Shown here: one piece after another, positions 38,680 to 51,268 of the stretch | Layout: each line of letters starts with the position of its first letter | How positions within the stretch are numbered: the first letter of the stretch is position 1 | Position numbers and translations under genes: made by a program | Assembly (NCBI RefSeq): GCF_006345805.1 | Contig: NW_021831285.1 | Location: forward strand, 124,497-188,496 | Direction of reading: 5' to 3' | Source: Octopus sinensis | Taxonomy: Eukaryota | DNA: 64,000 bases | The notes under the pieces: model-generated | What the model saw: only the letters and a program-made list of their open reading frames with translations | The model's database searches: none | Told to the model about the DNA's origin: nothing

Positions 38680-39292
38680 GCCCCCAATTTAGTGTCAATT
38701 AGGAAACAAATACAAGAGTCGGTGCTAAGACAAAAACCTCCCTCTTTTCCCATCACTAATCCACTTCTTTCTTGACTCCGCATCCACACTTTGGAAGTCT
38801 CAAGTCGTAAGCTCTTCAGCAAATCATCACACTCAAAGATCTAACTTACAAAAAAAGCTAAAAAGGTTCGATTTTCATGTCTCGTGACGATGGATGGCAT
38901 CTACTTAACAACTTAGAAAATTTCCAAACACTTGGTTTATGTGGAAAGTCACAAAAAAGTAACAAACGTGTAATTTTTAATAACTGGCGGTTAAAATGAA
39001 TTGAAACTGTCAGAGAAATCTGACAATTCAGGAGAGATTGATTGACTACAATTGTCGTGAATATCAACATTGCTTGACTGGCAGTAGGTATTCACAAGAG
39101 AGGAATGTATGCGTGAGTATATTTTGGAATGACTGTCAGCCTAGACATCACTAATTATAAATCTCCCTTTAACATTGTCTGGACTTGTCTCTGAAAAGCA
39201 GAGTCAAAAGAAGAAATGATTATCTGAGAAACTGTCCTTGCCAAGTCTTTTAAAAGATCGGATTCATCAGATAAGGTCACATTAATTGGCAT
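38680..39292 (-). CDS. Putative host gene of unknown function, divergent from the CEP152-like gene and truncated by a hAT end near 38641
   Basis: First exon MPINVTLSDESDLLKDLARTVSQIIISSFDSAFQRQVQT; later splicing ambiguous. Confidence 0.3.
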
Positions 39293-39499
39293 TTTTGAAT
39301 ACCACAAAAATTAACAACAATTTCCCTCTCTTTGATTTATATTTTATTATAACTAGGGTAACCAGAAAAAATAAAATTTTTAATTCGAATACATCTTAAA
39401 AAGTGATCAATTTAATAATTATAAAAAAATTACTAATAAAAAAATAAATTATAATTAATAAAATATTTGTAACCACATAAATCTGTGGATATTTTTACA

Positions 39500-41387
39500 A
39501 TGAACCACGATCTGCCATTCGAGCTCAGTCAATTATATCAAACCCCTGATATGCTCATCCAGGAAGAGGAATCTCTCCATGATAGTGTTGACTTAAGCCA
39601 CATCAGTCAACAGATCCTAAAAACACTTGACAGCGAACTGGGGGACTTGGAAGAGGAATTATGTGTGCCAGATTTATCTAAATTTCACATAAATCCATCA
39701 GAAATTTGGTAATTGACACTCATGACAAATAGGCAAAATGATGGGGAAGAATCTAAGAATGTTTTTAGCAGAGTATTTCATCCAGACACGGTATTACATG
39801 TATTTAATTATTAAAAATAAAGTTGAAGGACACTATTTGGCATCAGAGTCAAATTCACTACGATGAAAGTAGAATTTATTTCAAATAAAACGTAGAACTA
39901 ACGACACCACAAGAAAACACACAAAATAGTAGAAATCTAATAAATTCCTGCATAAATAATGAACACGAAAACATAAATAATTTAAATATATATAATTTAA
40001 ACAGTAAAATGTTTTATTAATAAAAGTTCTTCAACAAAAGTACAACCAACTCGAATCTCTCTACAAAAGGCGAGGCGAGTATCTGGACGAAATAAAAAAG
40101 GACCACGAGGATCAAAGGGACCGCCTGACCTGCCAAATTCGTGACCTCAAGCACAGAGCAATCCTGGCCGATCTTACTGTGGAAGAAAAACAAGCAGAAA
40201 TAGTCAATCTCAAAAAGACACAAATCACGAGAGAGGAATTGCAGGAGCAGTCAGAAACGCTACAAAAATTGAGAAATATAAACGAGAATGTATTTGTGTG
40301 ATGTGGAGTGCAGTTGAGAGAAGAACTTTCGAGGAGTCGGGACCACGTGAGGGCCCTCAATCAGGAGATTGTCCACCTCACCTCTCAGGACGCTCTTTGG
40401 AAGGTACAAAATAGCCACGAGAGCATGGTCAAGCAGCTTAAATCGGATTTTCAAGAACAATTATGCTCACTTGAACAGAAATGTGCTGATTATTTGAATC
40501 AGTTGAATATTAAAGTTGATTTGTTTCATTTATTTTTAGAATTCCGAACTGGTTAACCTGAAAGAAGAATTTGATTGTTATAGGCGCGAAAATATTGACA
40601 CAATTAATGTCCTTGTGCGTCAACTTGAGAATAAAAACGAAGGGACAAACGAAGGTGTTTTTGCATTTTTTATGAACAGAAAGCCTAAAGAGAGAAAACA
40701 TATCTTTAAAGCAGTTCAATGTCGATTTACAAGTTTATTCCAAAGTTCAAAATCAATAGGAAGAAATAGCCGACCTTGCAGAGCAGTTGAATTCATACGA
40801 ACAGTCCAAAGACAGTCAGAATGAGATCTCTGCTTCAAATTCGCCCAAAGACGAACAAATCTTAGCCTTGAAGGACCAAATTGAGTCAATGGAGACTGAG
40901 AGGGTTATTTATGCGAAGGAAATGGAAGAAAGGCTCAAAGAAAAGGCAAATACAGTCACATTCTTGGAACAGGAATTGATGAATTGTGCCCAGAAAATAA
41001 CGAAGTAGGGTCACCTCCTCATTTTAGAGTCGAGGAGAGATTGGCAGGGTGTCTAGAGAGTGGATTGAGGCAGGAGGAGGCTCACTCAGCGGAGACTGAG
41101 ACCCTCACTGAGGAGATTGGTCGATTAAAGTGGTAATGTAATTTGATTGGTGTAGAGGGTGTCTGTCCGAAAAGGGAGATGAGTTGCAGGCAGCTGAGAA
41201 GGCGTACGTCCGTCTGTCGGAGGAGGTCGGGAGAATGGAAGAGATGAAGCATGCCTACAACACTACTCTGCAGAATATTAAGAGTATTCCACCCCAGGAA
41301 ATTGTCTAAGGAGATGTCATTCAATATGTCTTAGGGCTCACTGCTTCTTCCGATGAACCTCATTTTTTTGATAAATATAAAATGTGA
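39500..41387 (+). CDS. Coiled-coil protein resembling CEP152/Asterless, many micro-introns
   Basis: Frame-preserving 23-32 nt introns; QLESLYKRRGEYLDEIKK..QIRDLKH resembles the CEP152 QL.ILY.ARG..L..L..IR.LKH block as I recall it; acidic N-terminus. Confidence 0.55.
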
Positions 41388-41432
41388 TTTGATTAATTAT
41401 TTTTAAATAATGTGTTTTGTTTAGTTAGTGTC

Positions 41433-41686
41433 ATGTTTGGGAATAAAATACACGGTAAAGTCATATCGAATTGGCCTGGACAGAAACAGCTAGGTTTTGT
41501 TGCATTTTTGCCACTTTTTTTCCTTGGGGGTGCCTTCATTGAGTTCACAATGATTCATTTACGGATTAATGGAATTAATTTTTGTTAGTATTTTGTATGC
41601 TCATTGTAGACGAGGTATTCAAGCACAATCACTCTAACAAGATGGCCCTCCAGATTATTCAATCTGAAAAGTTTAACCACCAATAA
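41433..41686 (+). CDS. SMIM4: Small mitochondrial membrane protein SMIM4/UQCC5 (about 75 aa, one 26-nt intron)
   Basis: WPGQKQLGFVAFLPLFFLGGAFIEFTMIHLRINGINF|YEVFK matches the family pattern PG...FG..FLP.FF.LG...E..MI......FY.VY. Confidence 0.85.
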
Positions 41687-41729
41687 AGTGTTAATTGTGT
41701 CTATAACAATAAATTATGATGTCAACATT

Positions 41730-43410
41730 TTATTTAAGAGTGTCCTTGGGTAACGAACGCAGTCGCATTGCAGTAAATTTACTCTAAAAGAAAGAAATGC
41801 TGAATATTTATCAATTGACTGTCATTAAATGCGTATTATTTATTTAAAATTATAAGCATTTGAGAATATTCAAACAATTTCTACAGCTATACAGCAGAGA
41901 AAAGTCCCCAAATTTGGAATTCCCTAGATGGCATTGCAAGAAAAGTGGCCATTAAAATCCATTCGTTTATAAGTTGAATTCAGTCTTGACTCTACAGGCG
42001 AAAGTCTTAAGCATGTTTGGTCAATGATGCATACATCACCGTTTTCAGGAGAAGGTGATGTTCAAAAAATTGACAAGACAAGTGATAAATATAAACGGTC
42101 TTTTAGTCTGCTGATTGTTATTCCTGTTGCTTTTGAAATTAAATATTGATGCAATTATGTATGTGACAAATATTTCTATCATCGACAGAAATGTTTGAAC
42201 CAAACAAGGAAAAAGAGAATCCAGAGAAAATGTTATAAAGTTTCCGAGTGAGAGAAATAATCTCCATACATCATGATCGGGGAGTAGGTGTGGAGCATAA
42301 CCATTTAGATAAAATGGTGTAAAACTCTCAAAAAAGGAATAAGAAAGCCGATTAATACCAAAACAAAAAAAAGTATAAAACATGTCATCCCCAGATGCTT
42401 TTATTTTTTTGTATGCTAAAATAAATTTTATAATCCTATTTAAAAGATTAACAAAAAAATTCTCCAATAAAGAATCCTTTAGGGAAAGCTAGATTGTAGC
42501 ATTTATAAAAAACCTTTAGGCTTTCTCTGGCCAATAAGCTCGAAAGACCACCAAGAGAAAATTGACCTAAAAGTCAAAAGTTCCGGTTACTCGCTTTAAG
42601 ACTGAAAAAATATGGTAGCATTTATCAGTTCTCTAGCCTCTATAGAAGACATTTACCGGAGCTATTCTGAATCAATTGTTTCTAACAATTTTCGGAGAAT
42701 ACTTCTCTTCTTAGACAAACAACTTCTTTAAAATAGCCCAAACTTTTAAAAAATATCCACTGAACCTCTGGTTTTCTTCAAAGTCAAAAAACAAAATGCT
42801 GGAGTTGAGCAAAGATGAGATTTTGTCTTTATCCCGTAAAAATCAAGAGTTTACAGCAGAAATACACCACCGATTGCATGAAATTTCTGAACGGCAAAAA
42901 ACACTCGCTTTAGTTTAAAAGGAAATTAAGAAAATAAAAGCCTGATCTAAGGTCCTTATGAAACTTCATAGGAAAAAAGATGAAAAAGATGTCGATTTTA
43001 ACCTCAACGTCCTTTTTGGGTTGATATTGACGGACTCCCTACTGAGAAGCAAACAGGTTTTCCGTTCAGCTCTAATCACGAGGAAATGATACACACATTT
43101 GGTCATGATTGCTACGCCACCATGCTTCTTGGAAGTGTTAAAATCTTTCCTGAAAAAACAGTCTATCCTTTTCATAACTTGCGTCTTGTTTGGCAACGTG
43201 CATAAGAAATCAGGACGTTACAATCAGGAGAATGTCGTCTGATCGAAGAAAAGTCTTAGTAATGTTTCCTTTTGATATGGACTTCATGGACTTCATAGAC
43301 ACGGTTTCGTTTCTCTGGAGAAGACTTTTCTTGTAATTTAGAAAAATATGTAGGATCATATTGGTGCCTTGGCGCTAAAAAAGAAGAGCGAACGGTCCAT
43401 CATTCAGCAA
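41730..43410 (-). other. Possible intron-rich host gene, structure unresolved
   Basis: Exon-like composition with short GT..AG segments and no TE motifs; I could not build a consistent ORF. Confidence 0.25.
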
Positions 43411-43419
43411 CTTTTAATT

Positions 43420-44640
43420 CTGATGAATCTGTTCTTTGGCAAGGAATCGCTTTCTGGCTTTAATCACAACTACAGAAAACTCTGAAGAGCGTCCGCCGAT
43501 TAATAAAGACCGCACTGAGCTTATGGCTTATACCTAAAAGGATATTCTGACTTTAAATTGTGATTAAGCCTTTGGAAACCCATTCATAATTTTTCCTAAA
43601 TGATTCTGTGCCCTCTAACCCTTTAAAACTGTTAACGTGATGGCACAATCAAATGAGTTGATCTTTGAACCCACTTTTGAGAATCAGAAATCTCTTCCAA
43701 ATAAAATCCACATCATCTGAGTATGCCGCTACATTGATCTTTCTGGAGTTGGAGTTATTTCCAACTCCAATTCCTAAGATGGCTAGTAAATGCTGCAATT
43801 CTGTTGCTTTCCGATTTAAACAGTTTTTAAAAGTGGGCAGCAATTGATTCTGATCTTCGGATTTCTTCATAAGACCATTTCCTGGATAGGCTGCAATCAA
43901 AGCACTCTCTGGTTCTATATACTCTAATATAATTTCTGGTCTTTTCATAGCAGTGTAAAAACGCACAAAATTTTCTTCCATACTTGCTGCAACCAATCCT
44001 GTTGAGATTTCTCCTCGTGTGCAAAAAGTTTCAAGGGTATGAATGGCCCCAATCAAATTTTTCATTTTTATTTCGCTTAAATAAACAAAATAAGTCGAAC
44101 TTTTGTACCAGGCCCTGATAAAAGCTAAGAGAAGGTATGGTAAAAGGATTGACTAAACTCAGCAATATCTTCCTATTCCTACACGTGCCACACACGACCT
44201 TCTGTACCAACGATTTCCAGCTTCCGCGGTTTTAGGCCAGTATCCGAAGTTCGTCAAGATCATCACAGGTCTTCAGGGTTTTCTTTAAAAGCCTCAAGTC
44301 GTCTTGCAGTACAACCGGTAGGGTTGTTCTGGGTCGTCCTCGGAATTTTAGGTCATCTGATAGGAAGTATTCTTCCATGGTCACGTAGGGCGTTGAAATT
44401 GGATCCATCCTCAAGATGTGTCCAAATAACCTCCAGCGGCCATTGACGATGTCCCGGCTAATTGGCCCCGAGATCTTGTAAATAGTCGAGTTGCTGATTT
44501 TCTTCGACCAGTGTAGGCAGTTCAGGGAACGAAGCTGGTTTCTGTAGAAAGAATCGAGGTTCTTTAAATCTAAATCAGAAATGCCCAATGCTGAGGAGTT
44601 GTAGAGTAGTACAGGTTGACGAAAGCGTTGTAGACTCTAG
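43420..44640 (-). mobile_element. Degraded RTE-like fragments
   Basis: AAYSDDVDF near 43720 and RWRLFGHILRM..FRGRPRTTLP at 44232-44588. Confidence 0.75.
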
Positions 44641-44643
44641 AGC

Positions 44644-45520
44644 AGGGGTGCGCAAGCTTTTCGGGTTTGCGGCCGCATAGCATTTTTTTTCCTTCTCTTC
44701 TACGGCCGCACATTTTCTGCATTATTTTTTCGATATTAATATAGTAATTTTTTTTAATTATTACAAGTGACCGCATAAGTTGCCCATTGTCATCGAGACC
44801 GAATGAGTTCTTGGACAGGAAATGCTCTCGTTCATCAGGGACATCATATTATTAAAATAAATAATTATTTCATGGACAAAAGATAAGAAAGAAGGAAAAT
44901 TAATTAAAAGAAATGTATTATACAAGTTATTCTAATGAAGGCCAGGATCTTTAGTATTTTTTGTGAGCTTATTGAAATCCACTGGTAGGATAGATATCAT
45001 TATGCGCAAACATGACTCTAAGTTTGCATCCGTTATCCGAGATCTATATTGACTTTTTAAATATTTCATTTTGCTGAATTGTGTCACGTGAAAGTGGAAT
45101 TGCTTCAAAGTTATGCTCCTTGTCGGGATCAATGCATTTAACTGATTCCATGATACATCTTTTCACAAGTTCGCCGTCTGAAAAAGGTTTTCCAGCAGAT
45201 CCAAGGATATGAGCAACTCGAAAGGATGCTTCAACTCTTGCATTTGCCACATTTAAAAAAGTTTTTAAACATTTTTTTGTTGTCTTAATTTGTATTTCAA
45301 ATTTTCGACGGAATCTTCTCTTGAACACTTGGACTTGACAACTAGGTGGTCTAAATGTCTTTGAAAATATTGTTTAGCATTGTCCCGTTTTATAGTTTTC
45401 ACAATCTCATGGCACAATAAGCATTGCATGCTATTGTTGTCTGTTTCGACTACGAAGTATTCACTTTCCCAGTTGATATTAAATTTTCTTTTTTCTTCAT
45501 TCAAAGAACGTCGTCTTTTA
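44644..45520 (-). mobile_element. Internally deleted hAT (GTF2IRD2-like) remnant
   Basis: TIR-like CAGGGGTGCGCAA; KRKFNINWESEYF, GKPFSDGELVK and FSKMKYLKSQYRSRITD motifs. Confidence 0.75.
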
Positions 45521-45532
45521 ACAGGTAATGAC

Positions 45533-47092
45533 TAGGGCAACCGAAAGTCAACAAAGTCAACTTGAGTTTTTTGTTTAATTATAGTGTTAAAATGATATTA
45601 GTCAAATTATTTCGATAAAAAAATGTATATATAAAAAGTTATAAAAGCAACAAAGTCAATTTTCTACTCTTACCGTCAACTTTTATTTTATTGAGCAACT
45701 TTTTTACTCTTATTGTCAACTTTAATTTTATTGAGTAATAAAAATTTATAATAACATTTTTTTTAATATTAATATAATTTCATAGTGCACGTTTCTTCGG
45801 TTTTTGTTGACTGCTTTTTTACAATACCTAAAAACAGGAGTTCCAACACTAAGCGAATTTCTTCTATTGTTAAAAAATATCCTAAGGAGTTTTCATCTTC
45901 ACTGGATGGAAAATTATTCTGCAAATTATGTAATTCCTACGTAACTGCAATAAGTAATGGTTTATTGATAAGCACATACATTCTATAAAGCATATTCTGA
46001 GAATCCCAGATACGAATAATACTTTGGATACTCATAGTAAAAATGAGGTTATTGCTGATTGTTTTGCCGTGGATCTTGAAAATGCATTTTTATCAGCAAA
46101 TATTCTACTTCATAAGTTACGAAATACATCAATTATTGATTTTTTTAACAAATATGGACATTCTGTTCCTTCGGAAACCAAATGCAGAGACATTGTTACA
46201 TTTCTTGGTGAAAGGATGGTTTCACAAATTATTAACACAGTTTCAAATGAACAAATTGTTTTAATGATTGACGAAAGTGATTTTGGAAAAAAAAAGTATA
46301 TTAATTGTCTTGTTGGAACGTTAAAAAATCCACAAGAATATTTTTTAATTGATTGTATTGCAATTAATACAGCTCCCAATTCCGCGATTATATGTCAAAT
46401 TATTGATGACGTCATTTGCAAACTCAATGTTGATAGGAAAATTTTTATTTACTTATTTCTGATGCTGCTTCATATATGGTTTCTTCTGGAAAAGTATTAA
46501 AGCAATTATATTCAAATCTATTTCATTTCACTTGTGTGGCACATTTATTACATAATTGTGCCTTCAGAATTAAATCACATTATCCAGAGGTAGATAAATT
46601 AATATCGTGCGTCAAAGCACTTGTTGTCAAAAATAATTCACGACGTCAATTATTTACAGAAATTGGATATCCACCCGAGCCCATTGTAACTAGATGGGGC
46701 AGTTGGCTAAATGCTGCTGACTATTATGTAAAAAATTTAACACAAATCATCAATATTTGTAATGGTATAGAAGAGGAATCTTTATTGATACAAAGAGCAA
46801 AGGAATCCGTTATGAATGAATTTCTTCATACGAATTTAGAAGACATAAGCCGGCAATATCATTTATTAACAGATATTTTAATGGAAATTGAATCTAATAA
46901 ATTCACATTCATTGAATTTCCTACCTGAAAATGTTAAATATTATTTAATGTTGTGCTTTAATAAATAAATTTTTGTTTCTTAGGGCAACTTTTTATGCAT
47001 ATTATGTCAACTTTTTTTATTTTTTAAAGCAATTTAGTTGACTTTTAAGGTCAATTTTTTACATTTTTAAGAGCAACTTTCCGGTTGCCCTA
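45533..47092 (+). mobile_element. hAT-superfamily transposon with TAGGG termini
   Basis: TIR TAGGGCAACCG; 8-bp TSD GTAATGAC; LFCKLC, IDESD, SDAASYM, HFTCVAHLLH and TRWGSWL motifs; subterminal GTCAACTT repeats. Confidence 0.88.
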
Positions 47093-47801
47093 GTAATGAC
47101 ATAAATAAATAAAGCCGTTTATGATAATTACTTTTAAAAACCTTTTTAAAGCTGGAGAGAAAATGAAAAAACGTCGTAAGTGGAAATATGACGCAGAAGA
47201 CATTGAAATTGGAGATACAGTGCTGCTGAAACACGACAGGGATGATAACCCTGGTAACCGGAGATACCCATTATATGACGAACTGGATATAAATAAGTAC
47301 ACAGTTTCAGAAAAATTTGAAACTACGTGTACTATTAATAAAGATAATGGAGAATCAGTATCCACCGTTCATTTTAGTAGATTAAAAAAAATTTGATTAA
47401 AATTTTGATTTTTTTTAAAAGAATTAATTCTTATTTTTTATTGACTCCCACTAAACAAATAAAATTTTAATTATTTTAAAAATGTAAAGCACAAATGAAT
47501 GATGTGTGATTTATGCAACAGGCAGAAATATAAAAACTAATAAAAAAGAAGAAAATCAAAGTTAATTATATTTTCTGATGATTTTTAGATTATATTTATA
47601 TTTTTTTGGTAGTTTTTTCGATGGTGGGTTATCCAACCCGGTGGGCTATAAAACCGGTGACATAGTATACCAATAGAAAGGACAGATATTTTTGATCCGT
47701 TGGATATTGAAGAATTTCTTGCATATGAATATGCAGAAAATGATATAATAGAAGAGATGGACAATGGCGGAAACATTGAAAATGAAAATGATGAAAATAT
47801 A

Positions 47802-50387
47802 CACTCCTCGCCAAAAAAAATGATTCAAAATTCATATTTAGTTTTTCTTTGAAAATCTTATAAATATTCTAATTTCAAAAAACTTAGTAGATTAGTTGTA
47901 ATTATTATGATTTAATTTTAATAAAATATTTGCTAATTACATTAATTTGGAAAAATTAAAAGCACAACACACAATATGTTAGTATATGTCAGTGACAAAA
48001 AAAATGATTCAAAATTAAAAACTTTGTAATTAATATCTGGTATTTCCTCCTTTTGCCATAAAAATATCCCAACAACGTTTTTTCATAGATAAAACAAGTT
48101 TTTCAATATAATATTTAGGAATATTTTCCCAAATATGAAGAAGTTCCTGCTTTAATTCTTCAGCATTTTTCAAATTAATTTTACTGAGTTCCGCTTTTAT
48201 ATGAGCCCATAAATGCTCAATTGGATTTAGATCAGGTGACTGGGATGGCCAGTCTAGTGTTTTTATATTTTCTTTATCAAAATAATTCATGATTAACTTC
48301 GCTGTATGACACGGTGCATTATCCTGTTGAAAAACAAAGTCATTAAGTCCCATTTTTGCAACTGATCTCGGTAGGCTGTTGACTAAAAGATTTAAATATT
48401 TTGCAGAATTCAATGTTCCGTCAACAAAAACTAATTCTCCGACGCCGTTAAAAGAAAAACATCCCCCATATCATGATTTTCCCTATTTTTTGTTTTCAAG
48501 CCAAATCAACCTGTTCCAAATTTCACTGTTGTTGAAATATTTTTGGAATTAAGTTGTTCACCGCTCTTCCTATATACTATTTTTCGAGTTTTGTTTGGAT
48601 TGGCGTAAAAAATGCATTCATCTGAGAAAATTGTGGTTTTCCATTTTTCATCAGAAATGGCAAGAAATCTTTTCGTTATTTCTAATCTTTTTTTAGTGTG
48701 TCTTATATTCAAAAATGGCTTATTTTTGTGCGATTCGTCCAAATATACCATTTTCATTAAGATTTCTTATAACTGTTCTTGAGAAAATTGCTTTATTGGT
48801 TAGTTTCGTCATTTCACTTGAGATCTCTTTAGATGTTTTTGTTGGATTTTCTTCAGAATACTTTATCAATTCTTTCAAATCATTTTTATCAAGTATTTTT
48901 GGGCTTCCAGATTTAGGACAGGAAGATCCACCGCCGATGCTGTCTGGGCCCACAAGTGGTACTGCGCTATCACCCAGAGATACAAAAGTGCAACAACAGT
49001 CCTGGGAATAGACCTGTCTAGGGCCTTTGACACGGTACGCCGTGGTCTACTCCTCAAAATACTGGAACAATTCCTGGACCCTGACTCTGTCAATATGATA
49101 AGAGTACTACTATCGAACACAAAGCTCAAGGTGCGGGTCGGCACGGCGTTTTCCCGTGAATTCACGTGCAACGTCGGTACCCCTCAGGGAGACGCCCTCT
49201 CGCCGTTGCTATTCGTGATCTATCTGGAGACGGCACTACGAGACCTTCGAAAATTCTATGCTGGCAATATCGTCGAAATTGTATATGCAGATGACGTCGA
49301 CTTCGTGTCAGACGACAAATCGGCCTTACTTCGACTCCTTGAAGTGGCACCTGCTGAGCTGAACAGATGGTTCCTTAAAATGAACGTTGGAAAAACCGAC
49401 ATCGTTGAAATCATGAGGATGGAGAGCAGCTCAAGTGAAGCCTGGCGCAAAACGAACAAACTCGGTTCTCTACTTGGGGACGGCCATGATATTGTCAGAA
49501 GAAAGGCTCTCGCTTGGGCCACGATGAACAAGATAAAGAAAGAGTGGATCGGCAAACGACGACTCTGTACGTCACTTCGTCTGAGGATGTATGAAGCCTT
49601 TGTCAAACCAATCCTGACATATAATTCGGCGACCTGGGGAATGTCTAGTACTGAACAACGTGGACTCGATTCTTTTCACCGCAGACAACTTAGATCCCTA
49701 CTGGGATTGAACTGGCCTATAAGAATCAACCAGGAATCGCTATACAATAGATGCAGAACTGGCCCTCTGAGTGTGGAAATCGTCAATATGCGGTGGAGGT
49801 TATTTGGCCATATTCTACGAATGGACATGCTTGCCCCAGCTAACATAGCAATGGAGGGCTACTTCCTGAAAGAGGGATCGAGCTTCCGTGGACGTCCACG
49901 TGTTACGCTGCCGGAAACACTTGACGGAGACCTGAAATGTGTGAAGAAAAGGCTAAGGAGTGGTGAGGATCTGGACGAGCTGAGGAAACTCGCTCACGAC
50001 AGAGGAGGTTGGAGGAGGCTGGTTCAAAGGATTGTTTTTAATGCTGCACGAGTAAAATTATAACTAATATGATTCTACGTATGTTGCAAATAATAATAAT
50101 AAAGTCATCCATATGCTTTTTCCTAAAATAGAGATATTAAATCATATAAAAAAAGATATTTGTATAGATAATATTTTTGAATCATTTTTTTTGTCACTGA
50201 CATATACTAACATATTGTGTGTCATGCTTTTAATTTTTCCAAATTAATTCAATTAACAAATATTTTATTAAAATTAAATAATAATAATTACAACTAATCT
50301 ACTAAGTTTTTTGAAATTAGAATATTTATAAGATTTTCAAAGAAAAACTAAATATGAATTTTGAATCATTTTTTTTGGCGAGGAGTG
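47802..50387 (-). mobile_element. Tc1-like DD34E transposon with long IR/DR-type TIRs, one micro-intron and an RTE insertion
   Basis: TA-flanked ~215-bp TIRs starting CACTCCTCGCCAAAA; IFSDE, FQQDNAPCH and SPDLNPIE with 34-residue spacing; intron 48483-48510 in VKFGT|GKIMIWG. Confidence 0.93.
48910..50100 (+). mobile_element. 5'-truncated copy of the RTE-like element at 31070
   Basis: Virtually identical to ~32898-34086; intact ORF 49095-50063; (TAA)n tail. Confidence 0.95.
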
Positions 50388-51268
50388 TAAATCATGAGAA
50401 AGAAATTAACAAACATGACATTGAGGTCATGTTAAGTTACATCAAGAGCAGTGTAGTCATTGACATTTTAATAAGATTTTTTATGTTAATAAAAATACTT
50501 TTTTGTTAATCAAAGTTTTATTAAAGGCAATGGGCCTGAGATTTTATATGACCCTGAAAATGGGCCTCAGGGAAAAAAAGGTTGAGAAACACTGATGTTA
50601 ACGACAATTGAAAAAAATTTATTAAAAAACATTGAAAACGAGCATGATGTCTTACTAATCTCATCTATAAGACGTTAAAAAGAAAATATACTGATATCTA
50701 AAAAAACTAATGGAAATTAAATTTTACTTTAAAAAAATTAAGATTTTTTATTAAATCTTTTTAATAGTTCAATCAGTTTTTTAAAAGTAAAATTCGCGAT
50801 CATCAGCATTAAATTAGTTTAAATTGTTTATTCGAAGAAAAGTGTTGGCTGTTGCCTCTTCCAAAAAATCTACACAATCTGAATAAGGCGTAATTAAATA
50901 AGAACATGGTTTTGAATTCGACTGTACAACTTATTTTTCGAGAATTTAATAGATTAATGCATTCTTACGAGCTAAAAAACTTATTTGAATCTGCATCATT
51001 AATTGATTTTTGGTGTAAAATGATATCAAAATATTCAAAAAATTGATTATATAACCGATTAAAAATGAAGTCACGAATAATTCTTCTTCCCATGGAACAA
51101 CAATGCTGGAGTAAAGATCAGATTGGTGAACAATTGCTCAAAACGAAAAAGAATAAATTAATACAGCCAATCAATTTTAAATAGATAATTTCGAATAAGA
51201 AACCGAAAAATATCCTAATGCTATAAGATTTAATTATTTGATTTAAATAATAAAAAAATCATTTAAAA

